64,000 nt of DNA from Candidatus Krumholzibacteriota bacterium (GTDB lineage Bacteria; Krumholzibacteriota; Krumholzibacteriia; JAJRXK01), in contig CAVXTH010000007.1 of assembly GCA_963764625.1 (NCBI GenBank), positions 96,001 to 160,000 on the forward strand. The letters run 5' to 3'. Positions within the stretch are counted from its first letter, which is position 1; each line of letters starts with the position of its first letter. A program made the position numbers and the translations under genes. This document shows positions 22,938 through 32,843 of the stretch, one piece after another. The notes below the pieces were generated by a model. That model did no database searches and had not been told where the DNA came from. It worked only from the letters and a program-made list of their open reading frames with translations.

Positions 22938-25175
22938 GTGAGCAACGACCACCCACAGGTGGCCTCGAGGGCGGCGAGCGAGCCTGAGCTGAACCGGTAC
23001 CACGAGCTGCTCGACAGAGAGATTCTTCCCTGTTTAGAGCGCCCCGGTCGCTACATCGGACCCTTCGAGGTTCGAGGGTTCGCCCCCGAAGGCGCGTCAG
23101 CCAAGCGCCTGGCCCTACTCTGGCCTTCGGTGCCAGAGAGCCATCAACTACCGCGAGGACTGGCGCCATTCCGCCAGGCGCTGGAGAACCAGCTGCGTAC
23201 TCCGCTGGACTTCGCATGCGCCCCGGCGCCGGAATGCGCTGCCCAGCTGGACAAGAATCGGCTTCCCTACTTCACCCGGCCCGGTTGGCTTCCCCTGTCG
23301 ACAGTTTCCGCCCTCGCGATCTGGTTCGAGGACCCCGCCCAGGTGTTCGGGTTCTTGAGCATCCTGGAAGCGAGCGGTCTGCCCCTGAGAGCGAAGGACC
23401 GCTCCAACGGTCCGAGGGTGTGGGCGGCGGGTCCCGCCACGCGCTCTTTGGCCGCGCTCCTTCCGGCCTGGGCGGACGAGGTCCTGGCCATCTCCGATCC
23501 AACCCGATTCGCCGAAGCCCTGGCTGAGGCCCTGCTGGCGAGTCCCCCCAAGAGGGGGCAGGACGCCTCGGGCCCGACGTTCTCCGCGCCGCGAAGCTCC
23601 AACCCGGCTCGCCTCGCCTGCCCCGACGTGGGGGCGGGTCAAGTCCAGGCCCGTTTGATCCTTCCGGAGCACTTGCGCCGTCCCCTGGCCGAAGCGCAGC
23701 ACGGGTTCGCGGGGGCGCGAGTCACGCGTCTTCATGTGCTGGCTGCGAGCAGCCGCCTGCGAGCCTCGCTGGGTCTGAGCTGTGACGAGGAGCTCCAGGC
23801 GGCGGTTCGGGAGGCCTTGGCCCACGAGTCGCGCCAGCTAGAGCTGCAGCTCGCGGTGGGACTGCCGGGCGAACAGGACGAGGACCGCACCGCGATCGGC
23901 GCGTTCCTCGAGCAGCTCGTCCGCATTGCCCCCCGAGGCGCGCGGCAGATCCAGCTCGTACTCTCTCCCTACCTGGCGGGATCCGCGGAGGATGCCACGC
24001 CGGCTCAGCTCGCGCGCTGGGTCGGAGCGATCGAATCTCGGGCGCGTTCGCTTCGGTTGAAGAGCACCTTTCCCTCTTTGGCCGGTCTCTCTCTTCTCTC
24101 CTGGATCCTCCGGCAAGAGGCGCAGGGTGCCGAAACCATCGAGGCGCTGCACGCGGCGGGCGTGCGCCATGGGGACGCCGATCCGGTGTTCGAGCTCGCG
24201 ATGCGGGCGCCCGGTTTCGAGAGCGTTTTCGCGCCGGAGCTCTCGGACGATCCCTCCGCCGCCGAGGCACTCCCTCAGACGGAAGCGTCCGGCAATATGG
24301 TGCCCACGGGGCTGGAACGGGTCTCGCCCATCCCCGCCTCTCTGGACGAGGACGGTCATTCGCTTCTCGCCGACGAACTCGGCAAGAGCGGACGGAAAGA
24401 CGACCGTTGGCGTCGTTGGAGCGCTCTGGTTCCCCACGAACATCAGCTACGGTTGATCTTCGAAAAACGGGATCAGGCGCGTCATCTCTCGCATCGGGAG
24501 ATGAGTGATCTCCTGGTCGAGGCCTGCCGCCGTGGCGGCGTGCCCTTGGCCATCGCAGGAGTGGTTTCTCCCCGGCCGAAACTCAGCTTCGGCCCCTCGC
24601 TCCCGGTGGGAGTCGCGGGTCTACACGAATTCGTCGACCTGAGCCTGACTCGCAAACCCTCGGGGGTACTTTCCGCGATCAACGAGCATCTACCCGAGGG
24701 CTTGCTCGCGCGCGCCGCGCGCTACCTCCCTCCGGGAGCTCGTAGGAATTTCCTGCCGGTCGAGCGTGCGCGCTACCGGGTTACGGTGCCCTCTGAGCGG
24801 GTCGACGACCTGCACAAGGGACTCGAGCGCTTCCGCAGCGAAGCGAGCTGGGAAATCGAACGCGTCAAGGGGGAGAGGATCACCCGTCTCGATCTGAAGG
24901 CTCAGGTTACGAACATCGTCCTGCACGTCGACGATACGGGATCGGCGGATCTCCGCTTCGATCTCGCGCTCGACAGCGATGGAGCCAGACCGAGGCCGCG
25001 TGAGTTCGTCGCCTCGCTCTTGGGCGTCGATCGAGACGATGTTCGCACGCTCCCTCTTACTCGCGAGTGCTTGCTGAGTCGCGGCGGCGATCTCATGGGG
25101 TCGTGGAAGACCCCCCTGGAACTTGTAGACGTCGCCATGCAGCGTTCACGGCAAGCTATCAACCGAAATACATAG
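22938..25175 (+). CDS. Degenerate TIGR03960-like radical-SAM region fused to a TIGR03936/DUF2344 radical-SAM-linked domain
   Basis: N-terminal LERPGRYIG, VGLPGEQDED, C-terminal RHLSHRE...PRPKLSFGPSLPVG...EFVD...LPEGL. No CxxxCxxC motif. Confidence 0.75.
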   Translation: MSNDHPQVASRAASEPELNRYHELLDREILPCLERPGRYIGPFEVRGFAPEGASAKRLALLWPSVPESHQLPRGLAPFRQALENQLRTPLDFACAPAPECAAQLDKNRLPYFTRPGWLPLSTVSALAIWFEDPAQVFGFLSILEASGLPLRAKDRSNGPRVWAAGPATRSLAALLPAWADEVLAISDPTRFAEALAEALLASPPKRGQDASGPTFSAPRSSNPARLACPDVGAGQVQARLILPEHLRRPLAEAQHGFAGARVTRLHVLAASSRLRASLGLSCDEELQAAVREALAHESRQLELQLAVGLPGEQDEDRTAIGAFLEQLVRIAPRGARQIQLVLSPYLAGSAEDATPAQLARWVGAIESRARSLRLKSTFPSLAGLSLLSWILRQEAQGAETIEALHAAGVRHGDADPVFELAMRAPGFESVFAPELSDDPSAAEALPQTEASGNMVPTGLERVSPIPASLDEDGHSLLADELGKSGRKDDRWRRWSALVPHEHQLRLIFEKRDQARHLSHREMSDLLVEACRRGGVPLAIAGVVSPRPKLSFGPSLPVGVAGLHEFVDLSLTRKPSGVLSAINEHLPEGLLARAARYLPPGARRNFLPVERARYRVTVPSERVDDLHKGLERFRSEASWEIERVKGERITRLDLKAQVTNIVLHVDDTGSADLRFDLALDSDGARPRPREFVASLLGVDRDDVRTLPLTRECLLSRGGDLMGSWKTPLELVDVAMQRSRQAINRNT

Positions 25176-25187
25176 GTACATAAAGCC

Positions 25188-27866
25188 ATGCTCAAAGAAA
25201 TCGTAGTCAATTCAACCCCAAACGAAATCCGCATCGGGATCGTGGAAGATCGCGAGCTCGTCGAGCTGCTCAGTGAAAGCGCTGACGCAACCCGGATGGT
25301 CGGGAATCTCTACAAGGGCAAAGTGACGGCCGTGCGGCCGGGATTGCAGGCCGCGTTCGTGGATATCGGATTCGACAAGGCCGGCTTTCTCCACGTCAGC
25401 GATCTGGTTCACGAAGAACCCGACGACGACGACGACGACCGTAGCAGTCGACGCCGTGGTCGCAGCCGCGAGGGAATGCGCCCCATTGAGCGCATGCTCC
25501 GCGAGGGCGACCAAATCCTGGTCCAGGTGGTGAAAGAGCCCATTGGCACCAAGGGCCCGCGGCTCACCGCGGACGTCAGTCTACCCGGGCGCTTCCTCGT
25601 GCTCATGCCCAAGGGTTCGCACGTGGGCGTGAGCCGGAAGATCGCGGATCGCAAGGAACGCGGCCGCCTCAAGGAGATGCTCTCGGCCGTTCGGCCCACC
25701 GAAGGGGCCTACATCATCCGCACCGCGGGTGAGGGCATCGACGAGAAGATGTTGCGCAGGGACGTCGAGTATCTGGCGGACGCCTGGACCGGCATCAAGC
25801 AGCGCATGAACGAAGTCACCGCCCCGGCGGTGGTTCATGAAGACGTGGGACTCATCGTGGGTCTCATTCGAGACGTGCTCACCGAGGACGTAGACGCCGT
25901 CCACATCGACAACGAGCAGGACTACAATCGCCTGGCCGGTTACGTGAAGAACTTCGCGCCGCAACTCCTCGACCGGATCAAGCTCTATCGTGGCGACATG
26001 GCGCTGTTCGACAAGTTCGACATCGAGAGCGAACTGAAGAAGAGCCTTGAGCGAAAAGTCTGGATGAAAAAGGGTGGCTATATCGTCGTCGATCCCACCG
26101 AGGCACTCGTCGCCATCGACGTGAACACCGGGCGGTTCACCGGAAAGCGGAACCAGGAAGAGACCATCTTCAAGACGAACATGATCGCGGCTCGGGAAGT
26201 TCCCCGGCAATTGCGGCTTCGCGACATCGGTGGGATCATCATTATCGATTTCATCGACATGGAGAGCGAAGCGAACAAGCGGAAGGTTCTCAACGAGCTT
26301 CGAACCTACCTCAAGCGCGACCGGGCCCGCACGAAGACCTTCAATGTGAGCGATCTCGGCCTGGTGGAAATGAGTCGCCAGCGGGTGAGAGAGAGTCTGC
26401 AGGCTCGTTTGAGCGACGATTGCCCCTTCTGCCGGGCCACCGGACACATTCTCTCCCTCGACACTCTCGCCAACAAGGTGGAGCGGCTTCTATCCAAGTG
26501 CGGCCTGGTGACGCAGGAGAGCGCGATCCAGGTGCAGGCCAGCCCCAGCCTTGCCATTCACCTGCTCACGCACCGGTCCGACGCGGTCGAGAAGATCGCG
26601 CGCAGCTTCAACATGAAGATCGACATCCTCGATGACGCGCGCATTCACCGCGAAGAGTTCAAGATCGTCTCTCTGCGAAACCGCAAGGACCTCACCAGCC
26701 AACTCGAGACCGCGGTGTGGAAGGGCACGGCCACGCGCCGGCGCTCCTCCGCCGCTGCGGCCGGGAGCCATACCAACGGTAACCGCGAACATTCCGCGGA
26801 CGAGGAGGGCGAGGATTCTCGTTCCATTCGATCGCGGGGCGGAAGCTCCACGCGCGGGCCGCAGCGGGATGGCGGCAACGATGAAGACCGGCAGAGCGGT
26901 CGCTCGCGCCGGTCCCGTTCGAGCTCGCAGGGAAGGGGGAGACCGCGCACCGAGGACCAGGGGCGGAGTTCGACCCCCAGCAGCGAGGAAAGGGGCCGGC
27001 CCCGGCGCGAAGCCCCTCCGCGCGGATCTTCGAGCGCGCAGGTAGCCGAACGCCAGGAACGGCAACCAGCCAGCGGATCCAGCCAGACCTCTCGCCCCGC
27101 AGCCGGTCAGACGCGCGCCCGGACCCCGGGAGACGAGGGCGAGACCGACAATCGTACCCGACGTCGCCGCAGAGGCAGGCGGGGAAGAGGAAGAGGTAAG
27201 GGCGCGGCGAAGACGAGTGGCGAGGCTGCTTCGACCACCGCTTCCACCGAGGCGAAATCGAACTCCAGTCCATCACCTTCGAAGGAGAGTTCTAGCCCGC
27301 CCACGAAACCGCAACTGGAGGACAGACCTCGTCGTTCCCAGGACTCGCGCTCGCGGAACCGGAGCCCTCGCCAGGAGGAGCGACCCAGGACAGCGGAGAC
27401 GCGACCTCGGGAAGAACGGCCGCGGTCGCCCGAAGCTCGACCTCACGAAGAGCAAAGTTCAGCGAAGGAGCCGGCGTCCTCGAACGCGACTCCGGAGAAC
27501 TCGAGGCAGGGGAGTGCTGCCCCACAGACTCCGTCGCGGCGTTCGCGTTCACGCCGCGGTCGCGGGGGCCGTAGCCGGCATGGCGACGAGCAGCAAACTC
27601 GAAGCAACGAGCAGCAGCCCCAGCGCGACGAGCGTCCGGCTCAGGGCGGCGACGGGTCGAGCTCTTCGGCCAATGTTTCCCGGGTGTCTGGAGCGAACGA
27701 TTCACCCAACCGGGCGACGCAACCGGAGAAACCGGTGCGTGCCCCACGAGACGGTGCGCGCGAAGTCTCCCAAGAAGCGCAGACTTCCAGCGAGCAGTCG
27801 AAAGACGGTGAAACCTCCAATCGGCGTCGTCACCGGCGGACACGCCGAGCCGTGAAAGGCCACTAG
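25188..27866 (+). CDS. rne: Ribonuclease E/G family with long disordered Arg/Ser-rich C-terminal region
   Basis: S1 domain GNLYKGKV/QAAFVDIG, IDVNTG, RLRDIGGIIIIDFIDM, CPFC Zn-link, about 380 aa low-complexity tail. Confidence 0.92.
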   Translation: MLKEIVVNSTPNEIRIGIVEDRELVELLSESADATRMVGNLYKGKVTAVRPGLQAAFVDIGFDKAGFLHVSDLVHEEPDDDDDDRSSRRRGRSREGMRPIERMLREGDQILVQVVKEPIGTKGPRLTADVSLPGRFLVLMPKGSHVGVSRKIADRKERGRLKEMLSAVRPTEGAYIIRTAGEGIDEKMLRRDVEYLADAWTGIKQRMNEVTAPAVVHEDVGLIVGLIRDVLTEDVDAVHIDNEQDYNRLAGYVKNFAPQLLDRIKLYRGDMALFDKFDIESELKKSLERKVWMKKGGYIVVDPTEALVAIDVNTGRFTGKRNQEETIFKTNMIAAREVPRQLRLRDIGGIIIIDFIDMESEANKRKVLNELRTYLKRDRARTKTFNVSDLGLVEMSRQRVRESLQARLSDDCPFCRATGHILSLDTLANKVERLLSKCGLVTQESAIQVQASPSLAIHLLTHRSDAVEKIARSFNMKIDILDDARIHREEFKIVSLRNRKDLTSQLETAVWKGTATRRRSSAAAAGSHTNGNREHSADEEGEDSRSIRSRGGSSTRGPQRDGGNDEDRQSGRSRRSRSSSQGRGRPRTEDQGRSSTPSSEERGRPRREAPPRGSSSAQVAERQERQPASGSSQTSRPAAGQTRARTPGDEGETDNRTRRRRRGRRGRGRGKGAAKTSGEAASTTASTEAKSNSSPSPSKESSSPPTKPQLEDRPRRSQDSRSRNRSPRQEERPRTAETRPREERPRSPEARPHEEQSSAKEPASSNATPENSRQGSAAPQTPSRRSRSRRGRGGRSRHGDEQQTRSNEQQPQRDERPAQGGDGSSSSANVSRVSGANDSPNRATQPEKPVRAPRDGAREVSQEAQTSSEQSKDGETSNRRRHRRTRRAVKGH
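27366..27455 (+). repeat. Degenerate 36-nt (12 aa) tandem repeat in the RNase tail
   Basis: PRQEERPRTAET / RPREERPRSPEA / RPHEEQ. Confidence 0.6.
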
Positions 27867-28582
27867 TCCTGCCGCGAGTGGCTCGAAGAAGTGCGGGGAG
27901 CCGTCCCTTCGGACGGCCGAGAGGCGAAGAGGGGAAGTGCCTCCCATGTGGTGGGCGTGGTGGCCTGGAGTGCACCCTCGACTCCCTCGGCCTCAGCCTT
28001 GACCTTTGCTACGACCCGGGTGAGGAGTTCGTGCGTGTCGGACGGACCTCCTCCCAAGACGTTCAGACTCTCGAGCGCCGCCAAATAGCCCTCTGCGCGC
28101 TCGTAGTGGGCGGATCTCCTCATCAACTCCGCAAAGCGTGCGCCGTGGTCCGGAACTCTCAAATGAATCAGTTCGTGGAGGAGGATGTGCTCGACGACCC
28201 AGGTCGGGTGGCCACGCAGCGCGTCGCTGATGCGGATACTCCCGCTGTGTTGCAACGGGTCATGAGTGCACGAACCCCAACGACGACGCTGCCGGCGCGA
28301 GAAGCAGACAGTGAAGGGCGGCAACTCGAGATCGCGCAGAAGAGACTGCGCCAGTTTCTTGGCCAATTCCGATAGTCGCCGCTGGTCGAAGACCCGTTTG
28401 CGTGCCAGGCCTTCCCATAGCCGCTGGCGGAGTTCGGGGAGGATCGCGTCCAGTTCCTTGCGGGAGATTCTGAGGGGGACGCGAGCTCGAAGGCGCCCTT
28501 CCTCCAGGCGAAGTTCGACCGACCGCCGCCGGGATCGAATCATCTCGATCTCGCTCGGCAGGAGATCAGTGGCGGCTTGCAT
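27863..28582 (-). CDS. YgjP/DUF45-like (SprT/M48-type) metallopeptidase domain protein
   Basis: RSRRRSVEL, RWGSC, HELIHL...HGARF. Confidence 0.8.
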   Translation of the reverse strand: MQAATDLLPSEIEMIRSRRRSVELRLEEGRLRARVPLRISRKELDAILPELRQRLWEGLARKRVFDQRRLSELAKKLAQSLLRDLELPPFTVCFSRRQRRRWGSCTHDPLQHSGSIRISDALRGHPTWVVEHILLHELIHLRVPDHGARFAELMRRSAHYERAEGYLAALESLNVLGGGPSDTHELLTRVVAKVKAEAEGVEGALQATTPTTWEALPLFASRPSEGTAPRTSSSHSRQD

Positions 28583-29405
28583 TGCGCAGGATTTCCCGTT
28601 CCCGTGGGGTCAAGCTTTCGATTCCATGTTCGGAGATCTTCTCGAGGATTTCGTCCACGCTGGCATCACCCGGCCGGTCCCCACTCGTTCGACCGCTCTG
28701 TCGAAAGACGTTCTCTCGATTCTCTTCCATCTTTCGGCGCGCGAAGGTCGCGCGCATCCGGCGCACCACGCCGTTCAGTTGAGAGTCGAAGCTCAGGTAC
28801 AGCCAGCCGAACAACATTCCACCCAGATGGGCGAAGTGAGCCACGGTCGTACCCCCACGCCCCAGGGCGCCAACGAGATCGATCAGCACCAATCCCACCA
28901 CGAGGTATTTCATGCGGATGCCGATGAGGCCGTAAAGATAGACGAGCTGGTTGGGATACATCATCCCATAGGCCAGGAGCAGGCCCATGATCGCGGCGCT
29001 CGCGCCGATGATGGGGATGTAGCCTCCACCGAAGCCGAGGCCGACCAGAGCCTGGGTGATTCCGCCGCCGATGCCGCACACGAAGTAATAGCGCAAGAAG
29101 AGCTTACCTCCCCACGCGTACTCGATCGCGGTGCCGAACATCCACAACATGAACATGTTGAAGCCGATGTGCAGGAAGCCCCCGTGGAGGAACATGTAGC
29201 TCACGAGGGTATAGAGTTTGAGGGGCCACATTTCGGCAGGGATGAGCGCGAAGTTGGCGATGGGGTCCCATCCAGCCAGTTTCTGGAGGATGAAGACGCC
29301 GATGTTCACTCCCAACAGGAGTCGAACCATGGGGGGGATGGACGCGCCCGGGCCGAAGCGGAACGACGAGCTGCGCGTGAATCTCGAAAAGGGATTGGTC
29401 TGCAT
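28566..29405 (-). CDS. Rhomboid intramembrane serine protease with C-terminal soluble domain
   Basis: HIGFNM, GASAA (Ser), AHFAHLGG (His), tail VDEILEKISEHGIESLT. Confidence 0.93.
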   Translation of the reverse strand: MQTNPFSRFTRSSSFRFGPGASIPPMVRLLLGVNIGVFILQKLAGWDPIANFALIPAEMWPLKLYTLVSYMFLHGGFLHIGFNMFMLWMFGTAIEYAWGGKLFLRYYFVCGIGGGITQALVGLGFGGGYIPIIGASAAIMGLLLAYGMMYPNQLVYLYGLIGIRMKYLVVGLVLIDLVGALGRGGTTVAHFAHLGGMLFGWLYLSFDSQLNGVVRRMRATFARRKMEENRENVFRQSGRTSGDRPGDASVDEILEKISEHGIESLTPREREILRNASRH

Positions 29406-29539
29406 GATCTCTCTATCCGTCAGCTCTTGATCGAGTTCTGGGGCGTGCTTTTGCGAACGATACCAGATAGCATCCCTGGCAAAGCTAACACAGTCTGGCC
29501 TCGATGCCCTCCATCGAGGTGGAAAGTGAGTGCGTGCGA

Positions 29540-30079
29540 ATGGATTCGAGACCCAAAGTTGTGGTCTTCGGCAGCTCGCGTTGTCCGGAGGGCGGCGTGG
29601 ACCAGAAGCGGGCCCAGGAGGTGGGCAGAGTGGTGGCCTCGCGAGGGCTCATCCTCGTGAGCGGAGGTTACGACGGCAGCATGGGCGCGGCGTCGCAGGG
29701 AGCCAAGGAGGCGGGAGGCCGGGTTTTGGGCATTACCACCGCGATCTTCGAGGACCGGGGCCCCAACCGGTGGCTCGACGAGCGCATCGACGAGCCCGAC
29801 TACCCGGCGCGCATCTCGCACATGATGCGGCTCGGAGACGCCTTCGTCGCGCTCCCCGGGGCCCTGGGTACGCTCTCGGAGTGGCTTCTGGCCTGGTGCC
29901 TGAGCAGTATCGACCAACTCGGTGGACCCCTGTGGGCTTTCGCCGATCCGTGGCGCATGATTTACGATTCGATCCTGGAGCTCCCTGAAGTGATTCCGGA
30001 CAAGGGAAATTGTGTCGGTTGGTTGCAAGAACCGGCCGATCTCGCCGGCGAGCTGGACGCATGGCTGGCCCGGCGCTAG
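29540..30079 (+). CDS. LOG family (Rossmann-fold nucleotide-binding) protein
   Basis: VFGSS, SGGYDGSM, PGALGTLSE. Confidence 0.85.
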   Translation: MDSRPKVVVFGSSRCPEGGVDQKRAQEVGRVVASRGLILVSGGYDGSMGAASQGAKEAGGRVLGITTAIFEDRGPNRWLDERIDEPDYPARISHMMRLGDAFVALPGALGTLSEWLLAWCLSSIDQLGGPLWAFADPWRMIYDSILELPEVIPDKGNCVGWLQEPADLAGELDAWLARR

Positions 30080-30114
30080 CTTTTTCAAGTCGGGAAAACA
30101 CGGTAGCCCTCATG

Positions 30115-30123
30115 TGTTAGAAT
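30115..30123 (+). promoter_or_regulatory. Extended -10 element TGTTAGAAT upstream of the GAPDH-like gene
   Basis: TGn-TAGAAT in the intergenic gap. AGAGG SD precedes ATG 30193. Confidence 0.45.
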
Positions 30124-30192
30124 CAACGGGAAGAGTTTCTCCACGGTGGAGAATCCCCACGCTCTTACGCGCATTCAAAGAGGTTGGACGCT

Positions 30193-31260
30193 ATGGGCCG
30201 GATCAAGAACATCTTGGTAGTTGGAACGGGTACCATCGGCGAACCGCTGATCGGTCTCCTCACCACGCTCAAGAAGGAACTCGGACTCGACGAAGTCCGG
30301 TTTCACAAGAGGACTCCCCTACTCACCGACCGGTCCAAAGTGAAGGACCTCATCCGCCGCGGTGCGGCCCTGGTCGCTGATGCCGATCGCCACGAAGACT
30401 TCCGTGAAATCGGCCTGGAACCCCAGTATCGCACCCGGGACGCCCTGGAAGACGCCTCGGTCGTCGTCGACTGCACGCCGGCGGGTAACAAGATGAAGGA
30501 GAAGTACTACAACGATCACGCGAGCAACACCGAACTCTTCATCGCGCAGGGCAGCGAATTCGGCTTCGGAAAGATGTATGCCCGCGGCATCAACGACAGT
30601 ACGCTCGTCCCCGGCGAAGACCGTTTCATCCAGGTCGTTTCGTGCAATACCCACAATCTCTCGGTTCTGGTGCAGGTCCTGGCCCTCAACGAGGGAGCGG
30701 ACAACCTCGAGCAGGGGCGTTTCGTGTGCATCCGGCGCGCGAACGATCTGAGCCAGGACGACAAGTTCATTCCCTCGCCCGAGGTGGGACGCCACAAGGA
30801 TGAGCGCTTCGGCACCCATCACGCCCGCGATGCGTTTCATCTCTTTCAAACCCTGGGCCATGACCTGAATATCTATTCCTCGGCGATGAAGTTGAACACG
30901 CAGTTCATGCACGTCATTCACTTCAGCCTGCGTCTGAAGCGGGCCACGACTCTGGAGAGGATTCGTCAGCACATCCAAGCGAACGACCGCGTGGCGACCA
31001 CCTACAAGCACACCGCCAATTCCATCTTCTCGTTCGGTCGCGATCACGGGTTCTTCGGGCGCATCCTGAACCAGACCGTCATCCCCATGGACACTCTGGC
31101 TCTGAACTCCGGCGGACACGAGCTGGTTGGATTCTGCTTCACGCCCCAAGACGGCAACTCGATTCTCTCATCGATCGCCGCCAGCGCTTGGGGTCTGGAC
31201 CCGGAGAATTACGAGAAGCGGATTCAGGCTCTCTCGCCCTACTTCTTCAGCGAGGTCTGA
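30193..31260 (+). CDS. Archaeal-type (class II) glyceraldehyde-3-phosphate dehydrogenase-like protein
   Basis: GTGTIG, VVDCTP, VVSCNTH (class II VVSCNTT-like, catalytic Cys), IRRAND, HHARD. Confidence 0.75.
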   Translation: MGRIKNILVVGTGTIGEPLIGLLTTLKKELGLDEVRFHKRTPLLTDRSKVKDLIRRGAALVADADRHEDFREIGLEPQYRTRDALEDASVVVDCTPAGNKMKEKYYNDHASNTELFIAQGSEFGFGKMYARGINDSTLVPGEDRFIQVVSCNTHNLSVLVQVLALNEGADNLEQGRFVCIRRANDLSQDDKFIPSPEVGRHKDERFGTHHARDAFHLFQTLGHDLNIYSSAMKLNTQFMHVIHFSLRLKRATTLERIRQHIQANDRVATTYKHTANSIFSFGRDHGFFGRILNQTVIPMDTLALNSGGHELVGFCFTPQDGNSILSSIAASAWGLDPENYEKRIQALSPYFFSEV

Positions 31261-31275
31261 TCAGGGGCTCTTCGA

Positions 31276-32787
31276 TCAGCCGGCGGTCAGTTTCGCGTAC
31301 AGTTTCTTGGCGCGCTTCATTCCCGGATGGTCGTCGTCCGCGTGCCGCATGACTTGCATGTAGCGCGCGAGATAATCCATGGCCTGCTCGCTGCGGCCGA
31401 GCTTGTCCGAGGCTTCCGCACCCATCAGATTCAGGAAGGGGAAGTCGGGGATCTCGTTCGAGATCGCCGCGACCTGGGCCAGGCTCTTGTCGTACTCGCT
31501 CGCCTTGTAGTACACCCGCGCGAGTCCGTATCGCCAGTATGCGAGCTCGTGGGGCGGCAGGTGCGAGGCATCCATTTTGGCGGCCAACTCCGCCGCTTCC
31601 GCCGCGAATTTGCGCCCTCTCGCCTGATCCAGGGATGCCCCGAGCAGTCCTCCGATGAGTTGGCCCACCTCGTCCTGACGGCCTTTCACGTCCGAGGGGG
31701 AGCTGTCCATCATGCTCCGCCAGGCCGACTCGAGCGTGTTCATCGTCGCTTCGGCTTCGTCGAGCCGCTTGAGCGCCAGCAGAGCGAACGCACGGAAAGT
31801 GTTGACGTTCACCGCGGTGCCCAGGTAGCTGGGGCTCTTCGGGTCGACCTCGGCCAGGATCTCATCGGCCATGGAAACGACGCCCTCGAAGTTGTAGCCC
31901 AGATCCTCCACCCTCAGCTTCTGCACGTCGAGGTAGCGCGTGTTGATGTTCTGCTTCTTCATCGCCGCCTCGGCCTGTCCGAGCGTGTAGCGAGCGCGCT
32001 CGATTTGCCCGGTGATCGCCAGAGCCGACGAGAGGTGTACGGCGGAGTGGTAGAAGGAGGGTCGAATCTCCAGCGCCTTGAGATACTCGCCAATGGCTTC
32101 GTCGTAGTGTCCCGCGGCCTCGTAGGCCTCGCCGAGTGAGTCGTGGGGATTGGGCTGGTTCTCGGCGTAGTAGGCGTAGCGCCGCAGGTTGGCGATCGCG
32201 GAAGTGTAGTCGCCCTTCTGGAGGTAGAGATATCCGAGCTGGTTGTGGCACATCACCTGCGAGGGATCGATCTTGAGCGCGTCTTCGTAGAGCTTGATCG
32301 CCTCATCGGAATCAGCGGCAGCCCAAGCTCGTCGGGCCCGGATGAGAATCGAGCGAATGTCATTGGGATACTTTTTCGCCATCTCCTTCAGGACGGCATC
32401 CGATTTCTCGTAGTCTTTCGTGATGATGGCGTAGTGGTAGCTGATGTAGAGCCGCTCCATCTCGCTCACGTGGTCGCGCAGCGCATTGGCCTTCTCGATG
32501 GCTTCGTCGCAGCCCTTCTCGTCCGAGATGTTGCGGCGCGCCAAGGCCAACTCCACCCACGCGGTCGCGAAGGTGCTGTCCGCTGCCACCGCCTTTTCGA
32601 ACGCCTCGGTCGCCTCCTTGAAGAAGAACTTCTCGCGACTGTCGATTCCCTTTTCGTACCAGTTGTAAGCCTCGTCGGAGGAAGTGGTGACGTCACGCGC
32701 GGGCGCGCGGTCATCCAAATAGAGCCATGCACCCGCGGAGAGAACGACGAGGAAAAGAAGGAGGAAGACGAGTCGGCGACGATTCAT
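31276..32787 (-). CDS. Membrane-anchored tetratricopeptide repeat protein
   Basis: N-terminal TM, TTSSDEAY, repeated TPR patterns (NPHDSLGEAY, AIGEYLKALEIRP). Confidence 0.85.
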   Translation of the reverse strand: MNRRRLVFLLLFLVVLSAGAWLYLDDRAPARDVTTSSDEAYNWYEKGIDSREKFFFKEATEAFEKAVAADSTFATAWVELALARRNISDEKGCDEAIEKANALRDHVSEMERLYISYHYAIITKDYEKSDAVLKEMAKKYPNDIRSILIRARRAWAAADSDEAIKLYEDALKIDPSQVMCHNQLGYLYLQKGDYTSAIANLRRYAYYAENQPNPHDSLGEAYEAAGHYDEAIGEYLKALEIRPSFYHSAVHLSSALAITGQIERARYTLGQAEAAMKKQNINTRYLDVQKLRVEDLGYNFEGVVSMADEILAEVDPKSPSYLGTAVNVNTFRAFALLALKRLDEAEATMNTLESAWRSMMDSSPSDVKGRQDEVGQLIGGLLGASLDQARGRKFAAEAAELAAKMDASHLPPHELAYWRYGLARVYYKASEYDKSLAQVAAISNEIPDFPFLNLMGAEASDKLGRSEQAMDYLARYMQVMRHADDDHPGMKRAKKLYAKLTAG

Positions 32788-32843
32788 GAGTTGCGTACCT
32801 CAGCCGTGGATCGCCCGGCAAGAATAAAAAGTGAAAACAAAGG

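Noticed and set aside
25421-25440. (GAC)n microsatellite in rne
   Set aside because: An in-frame poly-Asp run within the variable S1 loop that does not alter the reading frame.
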